Shown here piece by piece: positions 31,098-43,580 of a stretch of DNA of 64,000 nt. Positions within the stretch are counted from its first letter, which is position 1, and each line of letters begins with the position of its first letter. This stretch comes from Acidobacteriota bacterium (GTDB lineage: Bacteria > Acidobacteriota > Thermoanaerobaculia > Gp7-AA8), in the NCBI GenBank assembly GCA_019244185.1, contig JAFATB010000019.1, positions 1 to 64,000 on the forward strand, written 5' to 3'. Position numbers and translations under genes: made by a program. The notes beneath the pieces were generated by a model. It was not told the DNA's origin. It saw only the letters and a list, made by a program, of their open reading frames with translations, and did not search any database.

Positions 31098-32255
31098 TCA
31101 GCGCGCTTCGATCTCGATACGGCTGGCCACGCGGCGCTGCAACTCGGTCACGACGGCGCTGATGTCGCCGCTGCTGCCGGAGGGCACGAGCTCGAGACGC
31201 GCGACGTCGACGCCGCGCGCGCGCAACGCCTCGCGCACCGCGTTGAGCCGCGCGACGCAGCGCGCGCGATTCTGCGCCGCGTTCGCGAGACGGTACTCGT
31301 GCGCGACGACGCGCACGCGCGGCGTGCGGCGCACGTACTCCGCCGCGGCGTCGAGCGCGGACGCGCTGGCCGCGGCGTCGATGCGATCGTTCGCGTCGAA
31401 CGCGACGCCGTACAACACGAAGCGGCGGTCATCGACGATGCGCGGCTGCGGCGCGCTCGCGCACGGCACGGGCGTGCCGAACCACGCGGCGCCAATGCCG
31501 AAGGCATCCATCTGGCGCTCGTAGAACGTGACGCCGGTGAGCGTGCGCGGCGCGGCGCCGATCGTCATCGCGGCCAAGCCCCAGGTCGGGCCGCGACGCC
31601 ACTGCAAACGCACGAGGCGCTCCTCGATGCCGCCGTCGACGAACGTGGGAGGCGTCGTTGCGAGCTCGCCGTAGACGCGCGCGCCCTGCCGCGCAAAACG
31701 CGCCGTTTGTCCGTTGATCACCCAGCAGCCTTCGGGCGCGGGCGGCGCGGCGGCGGCGAGCGGGTTGCCGATCGCGTGCACCGAGCGGATGTGCGTGTAG
31801 TAGCGCTTCGTGCGCGAGCGAATGCGGATGAAGCGCGCGTCGAACGTGCGCACGGTGATGAACTGCGGCACGTCCGCCGCCTGCAGATTCATCGTCACGA
31901 CGTCGCGCCACGTTTTGCCGTCCCTCGATGCGGAGAAGTGCACGTCCTCCGGCACGGTGGCGTCGTTCGTGGAGACGGTGAGGCCGACGCGCGTGATGCG
32001 CGAGAGCGCCGGCAGCGCGAACACCATCGTCTCGTCGAAGCCGCCCGGCGGCGTGCTCCAGATCGTGGCGCTGTCGCCGTCGATCGCGTGCACCGCGGAG
32101 TTCTCGAGGCTCAGCTCTCCGGTGCGCGAGACGACCGTCGCGCCGTAGGCCATGTTCAGCAGGTTGTCGCGATCGGTGTCGACACGCGGCCGCGGCGGCG
32201 CGAGCTCGCCGCCGACGGCCAGGAGCAGCAGCAGCGATGCGGCCTGCCGAATCAC
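31098..32255 (-). CDS. Exported protein with discoidin/F5-8 type C-like domain and degenerate OmpA-like C-terminal domain
   Basis: Signal peptide; AIDGDSATIWST...SRDGKTW...ARFIRI; C-terminal LYGVAFD...ARLNAVREALRARGVDVARL...RIEIE. Confidence 0.75.
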   Translation of the reverse strand: MIRQAASLLLLLAVGGELAPPRPRVDTDRDNLLNMAYGATVVSRTGELSLENSAVHAIDGDSATIWSTPPGGFDETMVFALPALSRITRVGLTVSTNDATVPEDVHFSASRDGKTWRDVVTMNLQAADVPQFITVRTFDARFIRIRSRTKRYYTHIRSVHAIGNPLAAAAPPAPEGCWVINGQTARFARQGARVYGELATTPPTFVDGGIEERLVRLQWRRGPTWGLAAMTIGAAPRTLTGVTFYERQMDAFGIGAAWFGTPVPCASAPQPRIVDDRRFVLYGVAFDANDRIDAAASASALDAAAEYVRRTPRVRVVAHEYRLANAAQNRARCVARLNAVREALRARGVDVARLELVPSGSSGDISAVVTELQRRVASRIEIEAR

Positions 32256-34348
32256 GGACGGTAGTCGCGGCGGTCGACGACGATCTTCGTCACGTCCGCG
32301 ATCTTCATCACGGCGCCGCCGACTTTGCGCAGCAGCGACATGCGGTTCCGGCGCACGCTCTCATCGTCGACCATCACCATGACGTCCTTGAAGAACGTTT
32401 CGAGCTCCGGCGCCATCGCCGCGAACGACTCGAGCGCGCTGCGGTACTGCCGCTCCGTCACGAGCTCGTCGATCTGTCCTGTGACCACGTCCGCGAGCTC
32501 GGCGAGCCGTCGTTCGGTGTCGTGCTCGAGCCGCGACGGATCGACGCGCGTCGCGTCGTGCCCGGCGGTGATGTTCGCGATGCGCTTCGCGGAATCGAGG
32601 ATCGAGAGGAAGCCCGGCTCGTCGCGCATCGTCTTCACGGCCTGCACGCGGTCGACGAGATCGGTGAGCGACGACGCCCAGCCCGCTTCCATCGCGGCGG
32701 CGACCTCGTCGTACGCGAACTTCCACGCCGACGCCTCGAGGATCGTGCGCACGCGTTCCGCGAAGAACGCGAGGAGATCCGCCTTCAGCGCAGGAGTCGT
32801 GGCGCGCTGCTGCGCGGCGATGCCGAGGTCGATGAGGCGGTCGATGCCGATCTTCACTTCGCGCTTGTCGCGGTTGAGCAGGATCTGCACGACGCCCTGC
32901 GCGGCACGGCGCAGCGCGAACGGATCCTTCGAGCCGCTCGGCTTCGCGCCGATGGCGAAGAAGCCGGCCAGTGTGTCGATGCGGTCCGCGAGCGAGACGA
33001 TCGCGCCGGTGATCGTGCGCGGCAGCTCGTCTTCGAGACTGACCGGCATGTAGTGGTCGTAGATGGCCTGCCAGACGTTGTCGGCGAGTCCTTCCTCGCG
33101 CGCGTAGATGCCGCCGATGCGGCCCTGCAGATCGGTAAACTCCTTGACCATCTCGGTGACGAGATCGGTCTTGCAGAGTCCCGCGGCGGTAAGCGCGTCG
33201 GCCGCATCGAGGCCGATCGTCTCGCAGATGCCTTTGGCGATGGCGACGATGCGCTCGGTCTTCGCGCGATAGTCGCCGAGCTTCTCCTGGAACTGCAGAT
33301 GCGAGAGCTGCTCGACGCGTTCTTCGAGCTTGCGGCGGCGGTCCGTCGCATAGAAGAACTGCGCGTCGGCGAAGCGGGCGTTGGTGACGAACGAGTTGCC
33401 GTACGCGGCGTTTTTCTCGGGGTCGCCCTCGTTGTCGAGCACCGCGAGGAAGGAGTTCGTGAGGCGGCCGTGCGCGTCGCGGATCGGCAGCTGCTTCTGA
33501 TGCACGCGCATCACGGTGACGAGCACTTCTTCCGGCAGCGCGAGGTACTCGCGGCGGAACTCCGCGCGCACGACGCCGGGATATTCGGTGAGGTACTGCC
33601 ACTGCGACCAGATCGACGGATCGTCCGACGGCGCGCCGTCGACTTCCTTCGCACACGCGAGCGCCGCCGCGGCCATGGCCTGTTTGCGGCGCTGCGGATC
33701 GACGATGACGCGCGCGAGCTCGAGATCGCGCAGGTACTCGCCGTACGACTTCACCTCGAAGCGCTTCGGTGCGAGCGTGCGGTGGCCGACGGTGGTCGTG
33801 CCCGAGGCGACGCCGAAGAGCGCGATCGGCAGATACGTGCCGATGCCGTCCTGGGAAAGCAGCGACACGACCGAATGAATCGGCCGGATGTATGAGGACT
33901 CGCCCGTGCTCCAGCGCATCATCTTCGGCCAGCGGATCGACTCGATCGTCTGCGGAATCAGCTCCTGCAGGATGTCCGCGGTGGCGCGGCCGGCGACGTT
34001 GCGATTCAGCAGCACGTAGTCGCCGCCGTCGGCGACGTCGTCAAGCGTGGCGTTGTTCTTCCGCAGGAAACCGTGCAGCGCCTGCGTCGGATTGCCGCTC
34101 GCGTCGTACGCGGCTTTCTTCGGCGGACCTTTCACCGTGTCGGCGTGATCGGCCTGCTTCTCCGGAAGATTGCCGAGGAAGAAGGCGATGCGGCGCGAGG
34201 TCGCGTTCACGTCGATGGTGACGGACGATTCGGCGGCACCGGTCTGCGCGACCACTTTCGCGAGCGACGCGCGCAGCGCGGACAACGCGCTGTCGAGCAT
34301 CCACGCCGGAATCTCTTCCGTCAGCAGTTCGAAGAAATAGTCAGACAT
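32252..34348 (-). CDS. glyS: Glycine-tRNA ligase beta subunit
   Basis: [57 protein letters not shown]...RRNR. Confidence 0.97.
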   Translation of the reverse strand: MSDYFFELLTEEIPAWMLDSALSALRASLAKVVAQTGAAESSVTIDVNATSRRIAFFLGNLPEKQADHADTVKGPPKKAAYDASGNPTQALHGFLRKNNATLDDVADGGDYVLLNRNVAGRATADILQELIPQTIESIRWPKMMRWSTGESSYIRPIHSVVSLLSQDGIGTYLPIALFGVASGTTTVGHRTLAPKRFEVKSYGEYLRDLELARVIVDPQRRKQAMAAAALACAKEVDGAPSDDPSIWSQWQYLTEYPGVVRAEFRREYLALPEEVLVTVMRVHQKQLPIRDAHGRLTNSFLAVLDNEGDPEKNAAYGNSFVTNARFADAQFFYATDRRRKLEERVEQLSHLQFQEKLGDYRAKTERIVAIAKGICETIGLDAADALTAAGLCKTDLVTEMVKEFTDLQGRIGGIYAREEGLADNVWQAIYDHYMPVSLEDELPRTITGAIVSLADRIDTLAGFFAIGAKPSGSKDPFALRRAAQGVVQILLNRDKREVKIGIDRLIDLGIAAQQRATTPALKADLLAFFAERVRTILEASAWKFAYDEVAAAMEAGWASSLTDLVDRVQAVKTMRDEPGFLSILDSAKRIANITAGHDATRVDPSRLEHDTERRLAELADVVTGQIDELVTERQYRSALESFAAMAPELETFFKDVMVMVDDESVRRNRMSLLRKVGGAVMKIADVTKIVVDRRDYRP

Positions 34349-35228
34349 CGGTTTTCTGCAGCAGCGGGAAGCCGAGCTCCTCGCGCGCGGCGAGGAACTG
34401 ATGCGCGCAGGCGACGGCGAGCTCGCGCACGCGCTTGATGACGCCGACGCGCTCGGTCACCGAGACCGCGCCGCGCGCGTCGAGCGTGTTGAAGATGTGC
34501 GAGCACTTGAGCGTCCAGTCGTACGCCGGCAGCACGAGTTTCGCCTCGAGACATCTCCGCGCCTCGCCTTCGTACGCGTCGAAGAGCTTCCAGTGCAGGT
34601 CGACGTCCGCGACTTCGAAGTAGTACTTCGAGAACTCGTACTCGTCCTGCGTGCGCACGTTGCCGTAGCGGACGCCGGTCGTCCAGTCGATGTCGTACAC
34701 GGAGTTCTGCCGCGCGAGGAACATCGTCAGCCGCTCGAGACCGTACGTGATCTCCGCGGAGATCGGCGTGAGGTCGATGCCGCCCGCCTGCTGGAAGTAC
34801 GTGAACTGCGTGATCTCCATGCCGTCGAGGAGGATCTGCCAGCCCACGCCCCACGCGCCGAGCGTGGGCGACTCCCAGTTGTCTTCCTCGAAGCGGATGT
34901 CGTGCTTCGTGAGGTCGAGCCCGAGCGCGCGCAGCGAGTCGAGATAGAGCTCCTGCACCTCGAGCGGCGACGGCTTCAGGATGACCTGAAACTGGTAGTG
35001 CTTGCCGAGACGGAACGGGTTATCTCCGTAACGGCCGTCTGCCGGACGTCGGGAAGGCTGGACGTACGCCACGTTCCACGGCTCAGGGCCGAGGACGCGG
35101 AGGAACGTCGCCGGGTGCATCGTCCCGGCGCCGACTTCGAGATCGACCGGCGTCTCGATCATGCAGCCGCGCTCGGCCCAGAACGTCTGGAGCCGCAGGA
35201 TCATCGACTGAAACGTCATGCGCGACAT
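34341..35228 (-). CDS. glyQ: Glycine-tRNA ligase alpha subunit
   Basis: [60 protein letters not shown]. Confidence 0.98.
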   Translation of the reverse strand: MSRMTFQSMILRLQTFWAERGCMIETPVDLEVGAGTMHPATFLRVLGPEPWNVAYVQPSRRPADGRYGDNPFRLGKHYQFQVILKPSPLEVQELYLDSLRALGLDLTKHDIRFEEDNWESPTLGAWGVGWQILLDGMEITQFTYFQQAGGIDLTPISAEITYGLERLTMFLARQNSVYDIDWTTGVRYGNVRTQDEYEFSKYYFEVADVDLHWKLFDAYEGEARRCLEAKLVLPAYDWTLKCSHIFNTLDARGAVSVTERVGVIKRVRELAVACAHQFLAAREELGFPLLQKTDV

Positions 35229-35249
35229 CGGGCGCGCATTCTAGAACAG

Positions 35250-36563
35250 TCACTGCTTGAAATACGGCGCGACGTTCGAGGCGATGACCCGCAGCTCGTC
35301 GTCGGTGAGCGGCACCGTGGCGCGGATGTTCGCCCACGACTGGCGCGGCTGCGGCGGCCCGAGGTCGGTGCCGTAGAGGACGCGCTTCAGGCCGACCTGG
35401 CGGATTCGATCCGCGAACGTCTGCAGCGCGGCGTCGGTTTGTTCGTCGGCGACGGTGGCGATGTCGAAGTAGAGGTTCTTCGTGCGCGGGTCGTGCGCGG
35501 CGATCGCATCCGCGTACACGCCGAGGGCGGAGTCGGTGTATCCCGGGCCGCCGCCGGCAAAGTGCGCGATCTGCACGACGATGTCCGGCGCCTCCGGCAG
35601 CAGCTGCGCGAGGAAGACCTTCGCCTGCTCCGCGCCGTACTCGGGACCGGTCCAGAGGTGCGCGACGATCGCGAGATGGCGCGCGTTCGCGGCGCGGAAG
35701 ATCTCGCGCATGCGCGCGACGTGCTCGGGCTTCAGCAGATCTACCTTCGAGTTGCCGAAGTGCAGCTTGAGCCCGCGAAACCGCCCGCTCTTCGCGCAGC
35801 GGTCGAGCTCTTCGAGCGCGTAGTCCTTCAGCGGATTGAAGCTGCACAACGCGATGAGCCTTCCGGGATAGCGCTCGACTTCCGATGCGGTCCAGTCGTT
35901 CTCCGCGCGGACCTTCTCGTATTCGTTGTCGACCTTCGGGAAGAACGGGCTGCCGAACCAGTACGCGGTCGAGAGCACCGCCGCGCGCTGGATGTGCGCG
36001 GCGTCCAGTGCTGCGATGAGCTGATCGGCCGTGCGCGGCTCGCGCACGCGCGGTCCGGGGAACGCCGGCGTCTCCGCGGCGATGCGCCACTTGCCGTCGC
36101 TCGCGCGCGCAATCGAGAAGAGCACCTGTCCGAAGTGCTTCGCCGCCGCGCCTTCGCCGCGCGTGAAGTAGGCCGCGATGTAGCCGCTGTCGCCGCTCGT
36201 CGAATACGCTACCGGCGTGATCCTGTACGCGCGCGCGAAACGCCCGCTCACGTACTCGGCCACCTTGTCACGCCCGCGAATCCACTCCGGTTCGTCCTGG
36301 TTGAAGAGCAGCGCGTCTTCGACGTAGAGCTCGTTCAGCCCCGCGCGATCGTTCCAGTGCTGCTCGCGCGCGTGGAGCAACGCTGCGAGCTCCGCCGGCA
36401 CCGCAATCGCCGGCTGCAGATCCGCCGCCACCAGCTTCGCCGCGGCAGGACTGACCAGATGCTGGTGATGATCGGCGAGCGGAATCAGCGCGGTCTGTGG
36501 CGGAACGCTCGCGCAGGCGGTGGCGAAGAGGAACGAGGCGAGGACAATCGTTCGCAGGCTCAT
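35250..36563 (-). CDS. Amidohydrolase-family lipoprotein with inserted NTF2/SnoaL-like domain
   Basis: Lipobox ATAC; DHHQH; insert LYVEDALL...IRGRDKV...DGKWRI; then ENDW, GLKLH, AH, IAHFAGG, LYGTD. Confidence 0.85.
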   Translation of the reverse strand: MSLRTIVLASFLFATACASVPPQTALIPLADHHQHLVSPAAAKLVAADLQPAIAVPAELAALLHAREQHWNDRAGLNELYVEDALLFNQDEPEWIRGRDKVAEYVSGRFARAYRITPVAYSTSGDSGYIAAYFTRGEGAAAKHFGQVLFSIARASDGKWRIAAETPAFPGPRVREPRTADQLIAALDAAHIQRAAVLSTAYWFGSPFFPKVDNEYEKVRAENDWTASEVERYPGRLIALCSFNPLKDYALEELDRCAKSGRFRGLKLHFGNSKVDLLKPEHVARMREIFRAANARHLAIVAHLWTGPEYGAEQAKVFLAQLLPEAPDIVVQIAHFAGGGPGYTDSALGVYADAIAAHDPRTKNLYFDIATVADEQTDAALQTFADRIRQVGLKRVLYGTDLGPPQPRQSWANIRATVPLTDDELRVIASNVAPYFKQ

Positions 36564-36575
36564 CGTACGATGTTC

Positions 36576-36601
36576 TTCGTACGTGGCGCGAAAAGGTTTC
36601 A
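36576..36601 (-). promoter_or_regulatory. Putative ECF promoter TGAAAC-N16-CGAA
   Basis: Minus strand TGAAAC CTTTTCGCGCCACGTA CGAA, 12 nt before the ATG at 36563. Confidence 0.45.
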
Positions 36602-36604
36602 ACC

Positions 36605-37630
36605 TCATTCGAATGCGATGACGCTGCGCAGCGTGGTCGTGCCGCGATCGAGCTTGTCAAGCACTCCGTTGATGGCGTCGGCGTCGAATGGAACCGTCTC
36701 CGAGATCGCGGCGCTCATGTCGATCGCCTTCGTTTCCGCGAGCTCCATCAGCTCCTCGAGCTCGGCGCGCGTGTGGTCGGAGCAGCCGATGATGCGGCGT
36801 TCGCGCGCGAGAAGATCGCGATAGGGATTGACGGGCAGCGGCGCGGTGCTGAGCGCGACGAGGACGAGCGTGCCGCCGGGAACGAGCGCGCGCACCGCGC
36901 GGGCGGAGACGTCGGCGCGTCCAGCGAGATCGAGCGCGACGTCGGCGCCGCGGCCGCCCGTCGCGTCGAGGAGCGCTTGCGTGAGGTTCTCGTCGGAGCG
37001 CACGGGCGTCGCGCCCATCGATCGCGCGAAGGCGAGTTTCTCGTCGACGATGTCGACCGCGAGCACCTGCGCGGCGCCGAGCGCGCGGGCGAGCATGAGC
37101 GCGGAGATGCCGAGTCCGCCGAAGCCGAGGATGGCGATGGTCTTGTTCGCGACCGGCGCGGTGAGACGCAGCGCGTGATACGCGGTCGCGGTCGAGCACA
37201 TCATCACGGCCGCGTGTTCGAAGGGGACGCTCGCGGGGATACGCACGGCGCTCGCGGCGGGGACGACGACTTCCTCCGCGTAGCCGCCGTCGATGTTGTT
37301 GCCGAGCATGCCGCCCGTCTCGCAGAACTGCTCGCCGTGCTCGACGCAGCGCCGGCAGCTTCCGCAGAAGCGGAGGTAATGCAATGCGACGCGATCGCCT
37401 TCCGTCAGTCCGTCCACCCGCCCGCCCTTGCGTGCGACGACGCCGGCGACCTCGTGTCCGAGCGTGAGCGGCAGGCGGAGTTGGTTGAAGCCGGCGCGAT
37501 AGTGCGCGTCGCTGTGGCAGATGCCGGCGGCGCGGACGCGAACGACGATCTCGTCGTCCGCGGGAACGGGTGCGGGGACGTCGACCGCACGCAGCGGCTC
37601 GTGCGGCGCGAAGAGGCGGATCGCTTTCAC
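36605..37630 (-). CDS. Zinc-binding alcohol dehydrogenase (MDR family)
   Basis: GICHSD, GHE, CGSCRRC...C, GFGGLG; GTG start VKAIRL. Confidence 0.93.
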   Translation of the reverse strand: MKAIRLFAPHEPLRAVDVPAPVPADDEIVVRVRAAGICHSDAHYRAGFNQLRLPLTLGHEVAGVVARKGGRVDGLTEGDRVALHYLRFCGSCRRCVEHGEQFCETGGMLGNNIDGGYAEEVVVPAASAVRIPASVPFEHAAVMMCSTATAYHALRLTAPVANKTIAILGFGGLGISALMLARALGAAQVLAVDIVDEKLAFARSMGATPVRSDENLTQALLDATGGRGADVALDLAGRADVSARAVRALVPGGTLVLVALSTAPLPVNPYRDLLARERRIIGCSDHTRAELEELMELAETKAIDMSAAISETVPFDADAINGVLDKLDRGTTTLRSVIAFE

Positions 37631-37670
37631 GCGGTAAGAGTACGCGGTCGGGGCCGGCGATTGGCTCCGA

Positions 37671-37720
37671 TCCGCCGCGGGATGCTCTTCGGCCGTCGCC
37701 GCGCTGGTCATGTTCTCGTT
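37671..37720. repeat. Diverged 50-bp direct repeat of 38658-38707
   Basis: 43/50 identical by manual alignment; the last 24 nt are identical. Confidence 0.8.
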
Positions 37721-37878
37721 ACCGGTAAGGATCCGCGACCGTCACCAGACGAGGGACGATCGCGCCGTTGCGAAATGCGCATGCGCCGCGCGCACGGCGT
37801 ATGGCGGGCGGACGCCGCGCGAAAGCCAGTGCGCACTCCATGAATGCGGTTTGGAGCCGCGTGGAAGCCACGACACGT

Positions 37879-38172
37879 CGCGTGACATCCAGAACGTGAC
37901 GCGTGAAAACCAGAATCGGTCGCGTGAAATCCAGAACGCGACGCGTGAAAGCCAGAATCGGTCGCGTGAAATCCAGAATCGGTCGCGTGAAAGCCAGAAT
38001 CCGTCGCGTGAAAGCCAGAACTCGACGCGTGAAAACCAGAACGCGACGCGTGAAATCCAGAACTCGACGCATGAAAACCAGAATCGGTCGCATGAAATCC
38101 AGAACGCGACGCGTGAAATCCAGAATCGAACGCGTGAAATCCAGAACTGGTCGCGTGAAAGCCAGCACGCGA
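37879..38172. repeat. 21-bp tandem repeat array, 14 units plus degenerate units back to 37816
   Basis: Consensus CGCGTGAAA(T/A/G)CCAGAA + 5 variable nt (TCGGT, CGCGA, CTCGA...), exact 21-nt period. Confidence 0.95.
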
Positions 38173-38530
38173 CGCCTCGGTATGCGGCCCGATCTGATCG
38201 GCACAGTTGTCGTGCTTCGCACGTAGTCTGCCGTCACTTGTACGTTCGACGGAGCGCTGCCGCGACGGGCGATCATCTCGAACGTCTTCTGTGATGCTCC
38301 GGCCGCACGGAAACTCGTCAGTCGTCGAGCCGTCCCGTACGACCGGGTCGTGACGGTGAATGAGTCGCCAGTCGCCAGCGGGGCCGGAGCATACGGCGGC
38401 TCGGCCTCGGCCGCGCTCAGCTGCGCGGCGCCACGCGAGACGCGTGCATTGCTGGCAGCGTGGGAAGGCGCCGTGTCAGCTGCAGTGCGGCTCCCCGAAC
38501 CAGCGCGCGCACGTCAGAACAACGCGCGCG

Positions 38531-39202
38531 TCAGACGCCCGGAGGCGGAGGAGGAGGCTCCTCCTGCTCGCTTCCGGTCGTATCGTTGCTCGGCTGCTGC
38601 GGCTGCGCGGAGGCGTCCGGTTTCTGCTGCGCCGCTTTGTCCTTCGCAGGCGCGGCGTTCGCTGCCGGATGTTCATCGGCTGGCGCCGCGCTGGTCATGT
38701 TCTCGTTCGCTGTCGCGGTGTCGGTCTGTTCGGCTGGGCCGGTCGGCTCATCCGTCGCCGGTTGCGCGGCGGGCGCGGGGGCGGCGGACGGAGCGGGCTC
38801 CGAACGCCGGGCGACCGCGGCGGTCGGCGGCATGCCGGCGCGCGGCGCGGCGGTGACCGGCGCGGTCATCGGCGTGCCGTGGCTGGCGAGCGGCGGAACG
38901 ACGCCGGCCGCAGTCGAGGTCATCGGCATTGTGCCGGCGAGCGAGCCAGCTGACGTTTGTGCGCTGGCGACGCTCGTCGTCGCCGCCGTTGGATTGAGCG
39001 CGAAGTTCGTCGTGGTGTCGGCGTTCGTGCCGGTGATCGGCGGCAGCGTCTCGCCGGGGCCGTTGATGGTCGACGTCACGCCGCTCGCGGAGCCTTCCTG
39101 CACCACCGGATACTGCTCCTGCTGACTGGCGCGTTGTCCGTCCCGTCCGCCACAGCCACCCAACAACATCGCAAGGGTCATCAGAGTCAGAGTCGTCTTC
39201 AT
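38531..39202 (-). CDS. Pro/Ala/Thr-rich lipoprotein
   Basis: MKTTLTLMTLAMLLGGC lipobox; conserved-looking QYPVVQEGSASGVTSTINGPGE; disordered tail ending in poly-Pro. Confidence 0.8.
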   Translation of the reverse strand: MKTTLTLMTLAMLLGGCGGRDGQRASQQEQYPVVQEGSASGVTSTINGPGETLPPITGTNADTTTNFALNPTAATTSVASAQTSAGSLAGTMPMTSTAAGVVPPLASHGTPMTAPVTAAPRAGMPPTAAVARRSEPAPSAAPAPAAQPATDEPTGPAEQTDTATANENMTSAAPADEHPAANAAPAKDKAAQQKPDASAQPQQPSNDTTGSEQEEPPPPPPGV

Positions 39203-39228
39203 AGCGGGCCTTCTTTCACTCTCCGAAT

Positions 39229-39245
39229 CGCAAGGGGCTTGCCAC
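39229..39245 (-). promoter_or_regulatory. Putative sigma54 promoter of the lipoprotein
   Basis: Minus strand GTGGCAAGCCCCTTGCG = GG-N10-GC with TGGCA and TTGC. Confidence 0.65.
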
Positions 39246-39258
39246 TACAATCGAATTC

Positions 39259-39669
39259 ATGGAGCCGCGCCTGCAACACTTTGAAGCCGTCGTCCGCGAG
39301 AGCTTCGCGCGGCAGACGTTCATGGCCACGCTCGGTGCGACCCTCGCGCGCGTCGCGCCCGGTGAGGTCGACATCGCGCTGCCGTTTCGCGCCGACCTCG
39401 TGCAGCAGAACGGCGCGCTGCACGCCGGCGTCCTCGCGTCGATCGCCGACAGCGCGTGCGGCTACGCGGCGCTGACGCTCATGCCCGAAGGCTCGAACGT
39501 GCTCAGCGTCGAGTTCAAGCTGAATCTGCTCGCGCCCGCGACGGCCGCGTCGTTTCTCGCGCGCGCCCGCGTCCTCCGAAGCGGCGGCACGCTCACCGTC
39601 TGCACCGCCGATGTGCTCGCCGGCGAAACGCTCGTCGCCACGATGCTCGGGACCATGATCCGGCGTTAG
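39259..39669 (+). CDS. PaaI family hotdog thioesterase
   Basis: [35 protein letters not shown]. Confidence 0.92.
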   Translation: MEPRLQHFEAVVRESFARQTFMATLGATLARVAPGEVDIALPFRADLVQQNGALHAGVLASIADSACGYAALTLMPEGSNVLSVEFKLNLLAPATAASFLARARVLRSGGTLTVCTADVLAGETLVATMLGTMIRR

Positions 39670-39706
39670 CTCGCGCTGGAACAGGCTGTGCTCTCAAGCG
39701 GTTGTA

Positions 39707-39733
39707 GAAACCGTACCCGTATGGTACGGTTTC
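39707..39733. promoter_or_regulatory. Perfect 11-5-11 inverted repeat, probable operator of the Rrf2 regulator
   Basis: GAAACCGTACC-CGTAT-GGTACGGTTTC, ending 10 nt before the Rrf2 ATG. Confidence 0.75.
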
Positions 39734-39743
39734 GCGCCCGCTC

Positions 39744-40213
39744 ATGCTGAAGATCTCGAAATTCACCGATTACGGACTGCTCGCCAGCGTCTACCTCGCC
39801 CGTCAGGCGGGGCAGATCGTGGCCGCGCGCGAGATCGCCGAGTTCTATCACCTGCCGGTGCCGATGATCACGAAAGTGCTCAAGGCGCTGCATCACGGCG
39901 GCGTGATCGGCTCGCACCGCGGCGTCGGCGGCGGCTACTCCTTCGAAGGCGACGCCGAAAGCGTCACGCTCGGCGCACTGCTCGACGTGCTCGAAGGTCC
40001 GTGGGATCTCGTCGAGTGCGAGACGCTCGACGATGCCGGACAGGCCACCTGCGCGATCCGCGTCGCGTGTCCGTCGCGACGCCTCATGTTCGGCATCAAC
40101 CGCGCGATCAAAGGCGCGTTCGAGCAGGTCACGCTCGGCGACCTCCTGCGCGGCGGCATGCCGCTGCCCGTCATCGACAAACAACATCTGGCCGCCGGAA
40201 GAGAGGCCACGCA

Positions 40214-40217
<4 letters not shown>
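39744..40217 (+). CDS. Rrf2 family regulator of the SUF operon
   Basis: [24 protein letters not shown], three Cys (VEC...TCAIRVAC); first gene of the suf operon. Confidence 0.92.
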
Positions 40218-42395
<2,178 letters not shown>

Positions 42396-42399
<4 letters not shown>

Positions 42400-43580
42400 G
42401 CGCGGTCGCTCTCGACATTCGGGAACGCGCGTCCGAGGCGTTCGCGAAACTCGGCTGGCCGACGCCGCGCGTCGAGGAGTGGCGCTACACGAACCTCGCG
42501 CCGCTGCAGCGCGTGTCGTGGAAGACGGACGACGACACGCAGCCGACCGAGAGCGATGCCTCAATGGCCGGACGCGCCGCGCACGAATGGATCTTCGTCA
42601 GCGGACGGCAGGTCTCGGGCGCTGACGCGTACGCGACGTCGCAGGAACCGGGACGATGGGCCGACGTCGAACGCAACGCGCTGGTCGCGCTGAACACGAT
42701 GCACATGCAGGACGGCGCGCGCATCGAGATCCCGGCGAACGAAGTCGTCGACGGCTTTCTGCATCTGCTGTTCATCGGCAGCGGCGACGGCATCTGGTCG
42801 CATCCGCGCAACCTCGTCGTCGTCGGCCGCAACGCGCAGGTGACGATCGTCGAGACGTACGTCGGCACGGGCAAGTACTTCACGAACGCGGTGACGGAGA
42901 TCGTCGCCGGCGACGGCGCGGTCGTCGATCACTACCGCATCGAGTGCGAGTCGCTCGAGGCGTACCACGTCGGCAACGTCTTCATCCACGAAGAGCGCGC
43001 GGCGAACGTGACCTCGCGCAGCATCGTCATCGGCGCGGCGCTCGCGCGCAGCGAGACGCACGTCGCGCTCGCGGGCGAAGGCGCGAGCATCGCGCTCGAC
43101 GGCCTCTTCGCGGGCACGGGCACGCAGCACCTCGACAACCGAACCGTCATCGATCACATCAAGCCGCACTGCGAGAGCCTCGAGCTGTACAAGGGCGTGC
43201 TCGATCAGCACGCGCGCGGCGTCTTCGACGGCCGGATCATCGTGCGGCCCGACGCGCAGAAGACCGTCTCGCGCCAGGAGAACCGGAACCTCCTGCTCTC
43301 CGAAAGCGCGATCGTCGACTCGAAGCCGACGCTCGAGATCCACAACGACGACGTGAAGTGTAATCACGGCTCGACCATCGGCCAGATCGAGCAGGAGCCG
43401 CTGTTCTATCTCCGCTCGCGCGGCATCGGCGAAGACGAAGCGCGCAGCCTGCTGATCTACGCGTTCGCCAGCGAGATCGTCGATCGCATGAAGATCGAGC
43501 CGGTGCGCGAGCAGATCCGCCGGTCGCTGTTCCAGCTGATGCCGGAACGCCTGCCGGAGCGGCGTGGAGGGACGCGATGA
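42396..43580 (+). CDS. sufD: Fe-S cluster assembly protein SufD
   Basis: [43 protein letters not shown]. Confidence 0.96.

Noticed and set aside
37879-38172. CRISPR array
   Set aside because: The period is only 21 nt, the variable part is 5 nt and is reused between units, and no cas genes are in the window.
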